Shown piece after piece: positions 28,432-37,788 of a stretch of DNA of 64,000 bases. Below the pieces are notes generated by a model that was not told where the DNA came from, did no database searches, and was given only the letters and a program-made list of their open reading frames with translations. The stretch comes from a virus. Taxonomy: Duplodnaviria; Caudoviricetes. How positions within the stretch are numbered: position 1 is the first letter of the stretch; every line of letters begins with the position of its first letter. Location: the IMG/VR virus record IMGVR_UViG_3300044259_000026, positions 1 to 64,000 of that record. One strand, written 5' to 3'. The position numbers were made by a program, and so were the translations under genes.

Positions 28432-30603
28432 CTAAGCCCGCTGGAATTTCTTCGCAACGGTGACCATGACAGTGTTATCGATCTCGTCCGAAGGAAGCGA
28501 GTTGCTGAGCTTCTTGTTGAACGAATGGACCTGAGCTTGAACCTCAGGGTAGGACAGCCCACTGTCCACCAGAGCCAAGGCAAACTTGATCATCTGGTTG
28601 TTACGGTTCCCGCTGGCCATGCGTTGCGCAAACCAACGCTCCAGATTGTCGAGAGACTCGACCTTCTTGAACTCGTCCTGATACTCAGCATTGCGGCTGG
28701 TCCGTGGGATGAAAGGCAGGACATCGAGGAGTCCGCCTTCCATGTTCAGGTGGTAGGAACCACCAGAGAAGGTCTCCCACTTACGTTCTGCTTGGTTTGC
28801 ACCTTCGTCAGTCTTGAAGGGGAGCCAAGCCATGACGTTGTCCATGAATGCCTTGTAATCCTCAGCATCCAACTTCAGCTCGTAATTCATAGGAATCATG
28901 ATGCGGAAGCGGTCCTCACCTTCGGTCTGATGACGTTTGGTGGTGTAGGTCATGAACTTGTAGTCGGCCAGCAACTCGTGGGCAACATCGAGGGTGGTGC
29001 CCCCGTCCACGTCGATGACGATCATGTTGAAGCCCGGAACAACGTTCTCACGAGCCCGGTGACCGTTCTTGAAGTGGTGGTTGGCCCAGTGCATCCCTTC
29101 CGCTTGGGTCAGGTTGAACAGTTGATCGAACGGCACACGTTCGTTCGGGTTCTCCGGAGTACCTTGGTAGTGGTAGGCCCAGTGGTCGCTGTACGAGACG
29201 ATGATCTCATCGAGATTGGTCTCAGCCAGCTTCTCGCCGCTGAAGAACTCGATACCGTCCCGGAAAGCTTTCTTGATGATGACGTGGTGCTTGTATCCCC
29301 AACCGATGGCCATACCCATCTGCTCGTTACGTGCCCCTTGGCTCATTTTATAGAACGGCAGGGCTTCGTGTAGATCAGCGTGGGTCAGCTCGGTGCCCAT
29401 GTCTGCGATGTACTTGGCCAGCTTCACATAGGATTTCTCCCGGGTGAGGATGGTCTGGAAGGACTCGCCAGATTCTTCTACCAGCAGGATAGCCTGCTTG
29501 AGGTGCATCTCTTCGATCTCGCAGCTTTGATCGACGAATGCCAAAGCACCTGCCAATTTGAGAGCCTTGAAGTACCGGTGAGACATTTCCGCTTTGCGGA
29601 TCTCCTCGTGGTCCTTCATTTGATCGGCTGCCATTTCACAGGCGATCTTATACTCCCACAGCAGGATGCCCACCGGATCATCCACCGTCATTTTCCACCC
29701 ATAAATAGCCGGATCGGCCAACAGGTGGAAGTGATGCGCCCACTTGTCCACAACAACCGAGTTGCTTGGTTGAATCAACTTGCGGTAGATCTCTTCCGCC
29801 GACTGGGTGTTGTGAGCCTTCTCTTCTTGCTCACCCCAGCCAAACAAACACCGACGTGCATAACCAGTATCGAGGAAGCTGTAGAACAGGTCCTCGGTCT
29901 TGGCACCGTCCAGCAGTTTGCTTGGAGTACCGAACAGCAAGACGTTGGCTGGGGTACGCCCGTCCAGTTCTTCTGCCCGTTGGTTCTCGGCAGTGTTCTT
30001 GGTGATCTTCTGCTTGACCGAACCTAGGTCATACAGCTCCAAGAACAGGTTCATCAGTTCCGCAGAACCTTCAAGGTTGGAACCAACCTCGTCCATCTGG
30101 AAGTTGATGGCCCCACAGTTGCCCATCAGCAACTTGTGACGCAGCTGCTTCACAGCAGGTGCAGTGCCCGAGTCGAAGGTGAACGGGATTGCCCCGGCAC
30201 GCTTGAACTCGCCCAGCAAGCTGTCGTATTCAACTTGCTGGTCAGTACCATTGCGGATCGAACGCTCTTGGGCCAGCAGGTTGAGATGCTGATCCGAGAT
30301 GGTTGGGAAGGTCTCTTCCATGAACCGCTTTTTGAAGCCGGACAGGAAATCCCCTTCGAAGATGGCCACAGAGTGACCCTTACCGAAGCCCGAGGTGGCG
30401 AGAGCCAACACGTACATGTTGACTGGGATTTCACCACGGTCTTTGGTGACAATGGTTGCCCGCATGGAACTGGCCATCTTCCCGAGGAAGAAAGCCAACT
30501 CAGCGTGGAAGAATTTACGGTTGGTGTTCTGTGTTTTGGCGCAGAGCACGTCAGTAATCTCTTCGATTACCGGATGGTGAGTGACCCCAGTCAAATCGAT
30601 CAT
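28432..30603 (-). CDS. DNA primase / DNS protein (N4-like)
   Basis: ALATSGFGKG, FTFDSGTAPAVKQ, C-terminal prim-pol IVIDVDGG and YTTKRH, GNRNNQMIK. Confidence 0.88.
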   Translation of the reverse strand: MIDLTGVTHHPVIEEITDVLCAKTQNTNRKFFHAELAFFLGKMASSMRATIVTKDRGEIPVNMYVLALATSGFGKGHSVAIFEGDFLSGFKKRFMEETFPTISDQHLNLLAQERSIRNGTDQQVEYDSLLGEFKRAGAIPFTFDSGTAPAVKQLRHKLLMGNCGAINFQMDEVGSNLEGSAELMNLFLELYDLGSVKQKITKNTAENQRAEELDGRTPANVLLFGTPSKLLDGAKTEDLFYSFLDTGYARRCLFGWGEQEEKAHNTQSAEEIYRKLIQPSNSVVVDKWAHHFHLLADPAIYGWKMTVDDPVGILLWEYKIACEMAADQMKDHEEIRKAEMSHRYFKALKLAGALAFVDQSCEIEEMHLKQAILLVEESGESFQTILTREKSYVKLAKYIADMGTELTHADLHEALPFYKMSQGARNEQMGMAIGWGYKHHVIIKKAFRDGIEFFSGEKLAETNLDEIIVSYSDHWAYHYQGTPENPNERVPFDQLFNLTQAEGMHWANHHFKNGHRARENVVPGFNMIVIDVDGGTTLDVAHELLADYKFMTYTTKRHQTEGEDRFRIMIPMNYELKLDAEDYKAFMDNVMAWLPFKTDEGANQAERKWETFSGGSYHLNMEGGLLDVLPFIPRTSRNAEYQDEFKKVESLDNLERWFAQRMASGNRNNQMIKFALALVDSGLSYPEVQAQVHSFNKKLSNSLPSDEIDNTVMVTVAKKFQRA

Positions 30604-31586
30604 GGGAAGTATCGGTCCTTTTGCTTGCACGCATCGAAGGCGTCACAGTACTCACACCGTTTCGGTTGACCCGGCTCGGTGATGATGATGCCTTTACCGC
30701 CTTTCTCTGCGATGTGTTTACGGGCTTCGGCCAGACTGTCGAAGTTCTTGGTGGAGCGACCTGCTGTCTTTGCTGGATCAGCGTAGTACTTGTACTTCGG
30801 ATCCGACATCCACAGTTCGTCAGGCGTACACTCAGGTAACTCACTTTCGGGAGCCTCCATGAGCTTATCCACCAGAACAAGCTTGTCCTTCACCCAACGA
30901 TCAGTGACGATGATCGAGTCCAGCGGGATGTCCTTGTTGGCCATTCGCTGTTGTGGGTACTTGGGGTTGGTCTTGGCAAGGGATTTCTGCCAGTCGGTGA
31001 AGATGTATTCGATCCGAATGAAGTCTTCGGTGATCTTCTCCGGGTTGAGCCAGCGATACAGGGAACCCTGCATCTTGTGTTCGTCATCTCGACCACCGTG
31101 GACCCAGGTGTAGGCAGAGGTGGACTTGTTGTCGTGGACAATGCCCTCGGCAACCATGTCGAACTTACCGCCTACGGTGTAGGTCTTTCCGTTGATTGTG
31201 ATCTTCTTGAAAGCCCGCTGCTCCAAATAAATTGGGATGCAGTCAGGCATTTCCTTCAGCAGTTCATCGGTAGGGTTGATCCGAACCCGTTCAGCCACAT
31301 GCTTGGGATACCCCAAACGAATGAGGGACTTGGTTCGGACATGGTCGTTGGTCCAAGCCTTTTCGATGGAATCGTGCAGGGCAGTGCCCAACGCACGAGA
31401 CGCCAGCTCGCTGACATCCAAGACCCGACCTTCCAGAGGGATGCGTCGGGGCAAGATGATCTGACGAATGGGCTTCATCAGGGACGTGACCGAGATGTAG
31501 TTTTCCATCTGCTGGTAGTCGTACTCGTCGTGCAGTAGCCAGACCTGCATGGCGAGAGAGATACCGTGTTCGTTCGTGATCTTCAT
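30600..31586 (-). CDS. PD-(D/E)XK exonuclease (N4 gp41-like)
   Basis: SVTSLMKP, GTALH, EQR, GKFD, DNKSTS, C-terminal RCEYC..C. Confidence 0.85.
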   Translation of the reverse strand: MKITNEHGISLAMQVWLLHDEYDYQQMENYISVTSLMKPIRQIILPRRIPLEGRVLDVSELASRALGTALHDSIEKAWTNDHVRTKSLIRLGYPKHVAERVRINPTDELLKEMPDCIPIYLEQRAFKKITINGKTYTVGGKFDMVAEGIVHDNKSTSAYTWVHGGRDDEHKMQGSLYRWLNPEKITEDFIRIEYIFTDWQKSLAKTNPKYPQQRMANKDIPLDSIIVTDRWVKDKLVLVDKLMEAPESELPECTPDELWMSDPKYKYYADPAKTAGRSTKNFDSLAEARKHIAEKGGKGIIITEPGQPKRCEYCDAFDACKQKDRYFP

Positions 31587-31597
31587 AATCACTCCAT

Positions 31598-31626
31598 AAA
31601 AATGGGGACCACTCAATGTGATCCCC
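31598..31626 (-). terminator. Terminator
   Basis: GGGGACCAC...GTGATCCCC hairpin next to an A run (T run on -). Confidence 0.6.
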
Positions 31627-31631
31627 TTGGC

Positions 31632-32105
31632 TCAGACTTTCCGGAAGTGGGTGATGCGGGATGTTATCCCTTGGTTCCAGTTCCAACTACCAGCTCGACG
31701 AGCCCTTTCAGGTTCTTCTCCATCCGGGAAACGTACCTGAATCAGGTCATTTGCATTGATAGTTTTTGGGATTTCCCCACTACCCGTGTACTCAACCCAG
31801 TTAGGCTCCTCATTTGCCACTACAACTGACTGCCTTTGCTGCTCTTGACGTAGAGAGGCTTGTGCATAATGCACTCGCTTCTCGCAGTCATAGAGGGCCT
31901 TTTGACCGGGCTTACCATTACCCAGACGGGCAGCAGCAGTACGCCAGATGGCCTTGAATTCACAACCTTCATCGAAGGTCATGTTCAGTGCTCGTATGAT
32001 GTCCTCACACTCGGCCTGATAGGGCACCTGCTCTTCCCGCTGGGGATGGTCGATCTTGGCCAAGTAGTAATTGGTGAGACCACCAGTCAACTTGGCTTCG
32101 GTCAT
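31632..32105 (-). CDS. Conserved N4-like protein (DUF3310-like)
   Basis: GGLTNYY...AECEDIIRALNMTFDEGCEFKAIWR...YDCEK. Confidence 0.65.
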   Translation of the reverse strand: MTEAKLTGGLTNYYLAKIDHPQREEQVPYQAECEDIIRALNMTFDEGCEFKAIWRTAAARLGNGKPGQKALYDCEKRVHYAQASLRQEQQRQSVVVANEEPNWVEYTGSGEIPKTINANDLIQVRFPDGEEPERARRAGSWNWNQGITSRITHFRKV

Positions 32106-32425
32106 TTCTTGGCAGCCTTAGCAGCGGCGACAGCTTCGGCACCGTAGAACTCGGTGTCGGTCATGCAGCCGAGGTTGCTGATGTTGGCGAAGATCAGTTC
32201 CAGTACTTGCACTTCGACACCTTCGACCTTCTTGTGCAGGGAGATCTGCGCATGTTCCTGCATCTTCACCAGATCCGCACGGGACAGGAAAGGTTCTTTG
32301 GTGGCATGCACCACCTGTTCCTGAGTGGGGAATGGCTGCTCCGGGTTGTCCATCCGGACGGCGGTCAGGTTGACCATTGCCATCCAGAAGTGACGTTTGC
32401 TTTCTACTGCGGGCTTGTTGTTCAT
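32102..32425 (-). CDS. Hypothetical protein
   Basis: Start MNNKPAV overlaps the polymerase stop (ATGA); C-terminal NISNLGCMTDTEF. Confidence 0.7.
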   Translation of the reverse strand: MNNKPAVESKRHFWMAMVNLTAVRMDNPEQPFPTQEQVVHATKEPFLSRADLVKMQEHAQISLHKKVEGVEVQVLELIFANISNLGCMTDTEFYGAEAVAAAKAAKK

Positions 32426-35055
32426 GCTTTCTCCTGCGGGATTGGTGGCCAGACTTTGGGCCATCCGGCATCCAGTCTGGCGACGTGATTTTGGATAACA
32501 CCTCGGATCTGGTCCTCGGATGCATTGTTGGGGATCTCTGCCTCGTACTCCCACGAGGGATAGAACAAGGACAGTTCCCCGCCCAGTCCGACATCGGGAT
32601 GCCGAATGTCGTCATGGTCTTGCCAGTTCACAGCCTCCACCAGATGCTGGTTCACGAACCGAACCACATCGATGTCATCACGAACCAAGAAATACTGGGC
32701 ATCGTGGATCTGGGCACATGGACGGATGTCCAGTCTGAACTTGGAAGCTCGGACCTTGCCCATGAACTCACTGCCAGCACGGCTGTTCAAGAGACACCAG
32801 CTTTGACCCAAGGCGTTACCTGCGGTACGGCCCTCGGCTTCAGCTTGGAATGGGGTTTTACTGGTTCCACGGATGACCTGATGCAGCAGTGGGGTTCGAA
32901 CCCGCAGCCCGAAGGCGGCAGTAATGTACCCGTCTTTGCTGGCCTGATCCAATTTACTCTGTATCCATTCGTCGGAGACGTGGTAGAGCACGTGGTAGGC
33001 CGACTCAACCTCTTTGGCTTCCGTTTCCGAGAAACCACAGTTGGTCATCAAGGTCTTGTAGGTCCCTTGGTAAGTCAGTGCAAAGGTCGGAGCCTTCGAC
33101 TCGCCACGTAGGTCCTTGTACAGCTTTTGGATCGAGTTGATGCTCTCCACCGTGTTCACGATGTCGGGCATCTTGTGTGGCCAGTAGCTGTAGGCTCGCA
33201 GCGAGTGACCGTCATAGCCATCTGTGTACACCTTCAGCTTGTTTGGGTCCTTTGTTGTCAAGGCCGAGATCCGGTCTTCCAGCGAAGCGAAGTCCAGACC
33301 CATGAACAACCAGCCTGGAGGGGCTTGGAAGCACGACTTGATGAGCTTGGCATATCGACTGCTGGCAGGCAGGTTCTGGAGGTTGGGCTTGCTGGACGAC
33401 AAGCGACCAGAGACCGTACCCCCAAGGTTGAAGTTCCCGAACAGATACCACCATCCGTCAGGACCTTGGGCTGCACCGAGCAGGGCAGGCAAGAACGTCT
33501 GGATGATTGTGGTCACACTGGCGAAGTCCAACAGGGCATCCAGTAGGTCTTTGACCTCCTGTTTGTCTGTGTGGTTCTTCAGAGCTTTCAGGGTGTCGGC
33601 ATCCGCCGAAGGCTGCTTGGAGTCTGTCAGTGCAATGACTGGCAGAGCCAGCATGTCATAGAGCAGAGCCTGAACTTGCGGGTTGGAGTTTGGGTTGAAT
33701 TCCTGATTGGCTTCAGCAGCGGTAATCCGCTTCTTCTTCCACTTGGCATTCATCTTATCGGCGTACTGCTCATTCAGCTGATAAGTAAATCGCTGAACCA
33801 AAGGGGATGCTTGGAGTCGTGTAACAGCATCTTCCCGATCCTTCATCAGGATCTTTTCAACTTCCAGCACTCGATGCATATTCACCGGCATACCGGTTAG
33901 CTGCATCTGCACCACATCGAGTGTGGCAGGCTGGAAGATGTTCTTGTAGAAGTCCTCTTGGTTGTCTTGGATCATCTTCGGCAAATTCTTGCCTCGGACA
34001 TACCAAGTAGCCAGACCGTCCACCAAGTTGTATTCCAATAGAGTATCCATCGGGATCTTGGTGATGTCTTTGATTTCTTCTTGAGCGTAGTTGCCAGCAA
34101 ACTCCTGAGACTGGTCTTTAAGACCCAGCTTGTTACCGGCACAACTGTTGGTCGCCAAATAGGAGATCAACTTGGTGCAGTCCCAGTTCCTGAGCATGAC
34201 ACTCAGACCTTCCAACAGCCCTTCAGTGTCGGTGAGATCTTTCATAAACAACTGATAGATCAACACATACACGTCAAAGGCGATGTTGTGGTAAATGCCC
34301 TTCTGACTCAGCTTAATGAAGAAGTCCTTAAGCAGCGCTCGAACAGGATCATTCCTTACATTTCTGAGATACGGGGCTTCCGTGGCTCCAACAATTTCTT
34401 CGCAATCCACGGGGAAGGCGATACCTTCATGCTTATTCCAGCAGAAGGTGATTGTGCCGATGCCGCACTTGTGGTGCTTCAGGTCAAAACCTTCAATGTC
34501 CACTGTTAGCGGGCAGTCCATAGCCAACAATTTTTCCAGCCATGCTTTGATTGCCTCGTAGGTACGAGGGTACTCGGCAAAGTGGATGATGTTGGCTCCG
34601 GGATCTTCATAACTATCCGAGCAAGCATTGACCAATGCATCCATGGTCTGCTTGATCCCGGCAGCCACTTTGATCGGGTTGTAGAACATCTGCCGGTAGT
34701 TGGGAATATAGAGAACCTTGAAGTCTCCATATTCACTGTCCACCACATAGCCCAAGTAGGGCTCTGCTTTTGGCAGTTTGGTCAGGGCCTTGAAGTAGTC
34801 CCCATCCGAGACCAAGACATATTGCGCCTTGGCAGTTTTCAACGCAGGCACTACAACTTCGTCCAAGTACTGACGCATTTCTGCGACAGAGGTCTTCTTG
34901 GTGGTCTGGGAGTAGTGCAGTTGGATCGCCAACAAGTCTTCTTCATCCAGCCCATGAGGTCGGAAGTAGCAGTTGACGATATCATCCTTGCGGATGTTTT
35001 GGGTCAGCAGGACTAGAGGGTACTCCTCCCGATCTGCCCATGTCGCGTGATACAT
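32422..35055 (-). CDS. Family A DNA polymerase with 3'-5' exonuclease (N4 gp39-like)
   Basis: ExoI VDIEG; motif A GLDFASLEDR; motif B SKAPTFALTYQG; motif C QIHDA. Confidence 0.97.
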   Translation of the reverse strand: MYHATWADREEYPLVLLTQNIRKDDIVNCYFRPHGLDEEDLLAIQLHYSQTTKKTSVAEMRQYLDEVVVPALKTAKAQYVLVSDGDYFKALTKLPKAEPYLGYVVDSEYGDFKVLYIPNYRQMFYNPIKVAAGIKQTMDALVNACSDSYEDPGANIIHFAEYPRTYEAIKAWLEKLLAMDCPLTVDIEGFDLKHHKCGIGTITFCWNKHEGIAFPVDCEEIVGATEAPYLRNVRNDPVRALLKDFFIKLSQKGIYHNIAFDVYVLIYQLFMKDLTDTEGLLEGLSVMLRNWDCTKLISYLATNSCAGNKLGLKDQSQEFAGNYAQEEIKDITKIPMDTLLEYNLVDGLATWYVRGKNLPKMIQDNQEDFYKNIFQPATLDVVQMQLTGMPVNMHRVLEVEKILMKDREDAVTRLQASPLVQRFTYQLNEQYADKMNAKWKKKRITAAEANQEFNPNSNPQVQALLYDMLALPVIALTDSKQPSADADTLKALKNHTDKQEVKDLLDALLDFASVTTIIQTFLPALLGAAQGPDGWWYLFGNFNLGGTVSGRLSSSKPNLQNLPASSRYAKLIKSCFQAPPGWLFMGLDFASLEDRISALTTKDPNKLKVYTDGYDGHSLRAYSYWPHKMPDIVNTVESINSIQKLYKDLRGESKAPTFALTYQGTYKTLMTNCGFSETEAKEVESAYHVLYHVSDEWIQSKLDQASKDGYITAAFGLRVRTPLLHQVIRGTSKTPFQAEAEGRTAGNALGQSWCLLNSRAGSEFMGKVRASKFRLDIRPCAQIHDAQYFLVRDDIDVVRFVNQHLVEAVNWQDHDDIRHPDVGLGGELSLFYPSWEYEAEIPNNASEDQIRGVIQNHVARLDAGWPKVWPPIPQEKA

Positions 35056-35063
35056 AGGCTCTC

Positions 35064-35573
35064 CTAATACAGCAGCCGGGTGGCTGCGTAAAATTCGATT
35101 TTGGGAATCATGGCCTCGATCTGCCGAAGTGTCCGATTGTCGCTTTGCCAGAGTATTCCCTCAGGAAGCTTGCGAGGGATCTTTGCCAAAGCTGGAACCA
35201 GATTGGCTACACAATCGGGCAGAGCATCTCGGATTTCCTGCGCATCAGCACACTGAAACAGCATCTTGTAGAAGGTCTGCTTGATGGACTGTTTCTCCCA
35301 CTGGATCACACGGCACTCGTTGACCAAATGGTTACCCTCTTTCAACAGAGAGAAACACAGTGGTTTGAACATCGTATGGGATGTGGGCTTATAAACTCTC
35401 TGGGTTGGGATATACACCGCCCCCTTGAAGGTAAAGCCCTCCAGTTTGTGTCCTTGGATCTCACGGTTCTTCTTGTCCAGCTCAGTGACTAGCCCGTCGA
35501 TACGCCGAGTTTCGGCTTCAAACAGGACTGTCACCAGAGCATCCAACAGCTCTGGCAGTTCAGCAATGGCCAT
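35064..35573 (-). CDS. N4 gp38-like protein
   Basis: 169 aa between helicase and polymerase; DALPDCV, C-terminal FYAATRLLY. Confidence 0.75.
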   Translation of the reverse strand: MAIAELPELLDALVTVLFEAETRRIDGLVTELDKKNREIQGHKLEGFTFKGAVYIPTQRVYKPTSHTMFKPLCFSLLKEGNHLVNECRVIQWEKQSIKQTFYKMLFQCADAQEIRDALPDCVANLVPALAKIPRKLPEGILWQSDNRTLRQIEAMIPKIEFYAATRLLY

Positions 35574-35583
35574 GATCTCCTCC

Positions 35584-36900
35584 TTACAGGATCAGCTCGC
35601 CATACTTGGGAGCCAACTCACCAAAGAACACAATCCGGTCGGTTGGTCGGGACACTGCCACGTACATCGAACGGGCAGCCTGTGCCGGATGGCGGATCTG
35701 GCTGAAGTCCGTGAGGTCAATGTAGGTGGTGTGCATGGTAGAACCCTGTGCCTTGTACGTGGTGCAGGCATCACGTTGGCGAAGATCCGGGAAGTTGCCC
35801 TTTAGGAAGAAGTAGCGTTCCCAGTTCTTGCACTTGGCGAAGTACTTGATGAGCTGGGTGTAGTGGTCCCGGTCCTGTACGATTTTGACATCATGCAGGA
35901 TCTCACCCCGAGTGGTTTCCAACTCAGCTCGTCGAATTGTCAGGGATGCTCCCGTAACGATTTCGTACTCTTCGTCAATGCTGCTCAGGTGGCGGATGTA
36001 CACCTCGTCCTCAACGGACAGCTGCACCTTGCCGATTCGTACAGCGCTGTTGTTGACCACGTACTCACCGGCTTGGAACTGGCCAGGCAAACCACGAACA
36101 TCTCGGATGAACTGGTTGTAGGCAATAGCTTGACGGTTGGTGTAGGTCAGGATGCGAGCATTGTAGAGCGGGTCTGCAAATAGGCGGGTGACCTCTTCCT
36201 CCATTTGCTCTGCATCCAGCCAATCAATCACCCCGGGAACCAATTGGATTGGGTTCCACTGCTGGGTTTCTACCGTATTACGGAACTGGTTACAGATAGC
36301 TTGCAGGGCAGGCTGACCGGCGTTACGCATTGGGATGGTCAGGTCGAAGGAGGGCATTGGGTCAGAATAGACCTGAGACACCTCTTCACCTACTGGGGCC
36401 AACTGGCACTTGTCGCCCACGTAGACGATCTTGCTCTTCATGGTGCCTTCCCGGATGAACTCCAAGAGTTTACGGTCAACCATGGAAGCTTCGTCCACGA
36501 ACAGAATGATCCCTTGATGGATCTCCCACTGTTTGGTCTTGGTGATACGAGCCTTACCAGTCTCGAAGTCTTCGATGACCTTGAGATTCATCTGGCTGTG
36601 TACGGTGCTGGTTGGTCGGCCAGTGTTCTGTCCCAGCACTTCAGCCGCTTTGTTGGTGGTCGCTGTCATGTAGACATCGAAGTACTCCGGTTCAATGCCT
36701 GCCAACTTACAGGCGTCGAAATACTGCTGCATGATTCGGTCGATCAAGTAGCCCATCAGGTAGGTCTTACCCACACCGCCGGGACCGGAGATGCGGAGTT
36801 CTTTGTCTTTACTGAACAGGAATGCAAAGAAGCCATCAGCAGCTGCTTGCTGGTCCGCATTCAGTGGAAACTCTGGAAGACTCAATTGAGGATTCTCCAT
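35584..36900 (-). CDS. SF1 Dda/RecD-like DNA helicase
   Basis: GPGGVGKT, TATTNKAA, VDEASM, GDKCQLAP, KAQGST, YVAVSR. Confidence 0.95.
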   Translation of the reverse strand: MENPQLSLPEFPLNADQQAAADGFFAFLFSKDKELRISGPGGVGKTYLMGYLIDRIMQQYFDACKLAGIEPEYFDVYMTATTNKAAEVLGQNTGRPTSTVHSQMNLKVIEDFETGKARITKTKQWEIHQGIILFVDEASMVDRKLLEFIREGTMKSKIVYVGDKCQLAPVGEEVSQVYSDPMPSFDLTIPMRNAGQPALQAICNQFRNTVETQQWNPIQLVPGVIDWLDAEQMEEEVTRLFADPLYNARILTYTNRQAIAYNQFIRDVRGLPGQFQAGEYVVNNSAVRIGKVQLSVEDEVYIRHLSSIDEEYEIVTGASLTIRRAELETTRGEILHDVKIVQDRDHYTQLIKYFAKCKNWERYFFLKGNFPDLRQRDACTTYKAQGSTMHTTYIDLTDFSQIRHPAQAARSMYVAVSRPTDRIVFFGELAPKYGELIL

Positions 36901-36904
36901 TACG

Positions 36905-36930
36905 AAAAACCCTCCTGAGTCGGAGGGTTA
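36905..36930 (-). terminator. Terminator
   Basis: AAAAACCCTCC-TGAGTC-GGAGGGTT. Confidence 0.75.
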
Positions 36931-36945
36931 TTTGCTGCTGGTGCC

Positions 36946-37401
36946 TTAACGAACGTAAGGCGTGAGGTTGGCCTTGCTGTAGTTCGGTCCTTTGATAACC
37001 TTACGGTTCTCGTTATACAACGGCATGCCGTTGTCATCGAACTTGGAGAAGTTCGAACGGTTGACCTCGTTCATGGCCCCGATGATCTCGTAGCCACGAG
37101 TGTGGCCAACACCGGTCGCCGTCACGATTTGATCGCACAGCGAGTCCAAGAAAAGGACTTCGTCAGTCGGCTGTACTACATTGTCGCTGGCCTTCAGGTG
37201 CTCTGCCAGAAGGTGCAGATGCATTTCTGCTTGCGCAATGAGTCCGGTGGTATACGGATCTTTACCATCCAGTGCCTGCAAGGATTCCACCACCTCTTCG
37301 TAGTGGACGCCCAGCTGGGAATGGAAGTCCTTACTGGAAGGATTCGGTCGAGCACGTTGGAACCACAGCAGGGTGTTTTGCAGCGTAGCTTGTGCGGTCA
37401 T
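36946..37401 (-). CDS. MazG-like nucleoside triphosphate pyrophosphohydrolase
   Basis: EEVVE, LDSLCDQIVTATG, EVNRSNFSKF, KVIKGPNY. Confidence 0.85.
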   Translation of the reverse strand: MTAQATLQNTLLWFQRARPNPSSKDFHSQLGVHYEEVVESLQALDGKDPYTTGLIAQAEMHLHLLAEHLKASDNVVQPTDEVLFLDSLCDQIVTATGVGHTRGYEIIGAMNEVNRSNFSKFDDNGMPLYNENRKVIKGPNYSKANLTPYVR

Positions 37402-37724
37402 ACAGGGTTTCCTTGATTCTGTCGTTGGTATTCTTGGATCAGCAGGTTTCGGACAAAGTCCTTGATGTTGCTGCCTTGCACGGCATCGGCAACCCATTCC
37501 TGCTGATCGACGTTGAGGGTGACAAAGATGTCTTCCATGAACGCTCGACGGGTATCCGCAGCGGGAACCTTCAACCGGACCAGTCGAGCCATCACCGAAG
37601 TGGGGTGAATACCCACCACAGCGCCAATGGTCTTGAGGGACAGACCGACACTGTTGAGTCGGGTGATGTCGTAATCGGATCCGATACGGTTGATGCGAAC
37701 ACAGGAAGCGTGGGTAGAAGACAT
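37398..37724 (-). CDS. Small HTH-like protein downstream of rIIB
   Basis: LNSVGLSLKTIGAVVGIHPTSVMARL resembles a helix-turn-helix; conserved position in N4-like phages. Confidence 0.65.
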   Translation of the reverse strand: MSSTHASCVRINRIGSDYDITRLNSVGLSLKTIGAVVGIHPTSVMARLVRLKVPAADTRRAFMEDIFVTLNVDQQEWVADAVQGSNIKDFVRNLLIQEYQRQNQGNPV

Positions 37725-37739
37725 GGATTGTTCCTCCAA

Positions 37740-37775
37740 TAAAAGATGCCCACAGTCTAATAGACTATGGGCATC
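37740..37775 (-). terminator. Terminator after rIIB
   Basis: GATGCCCA-C-AGTC-TAATA-GACT-A-TGGGCATC next to an A run. Confidence 0.8.
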
Positions 37776-37788
37776 AGTTGAAGCGGTG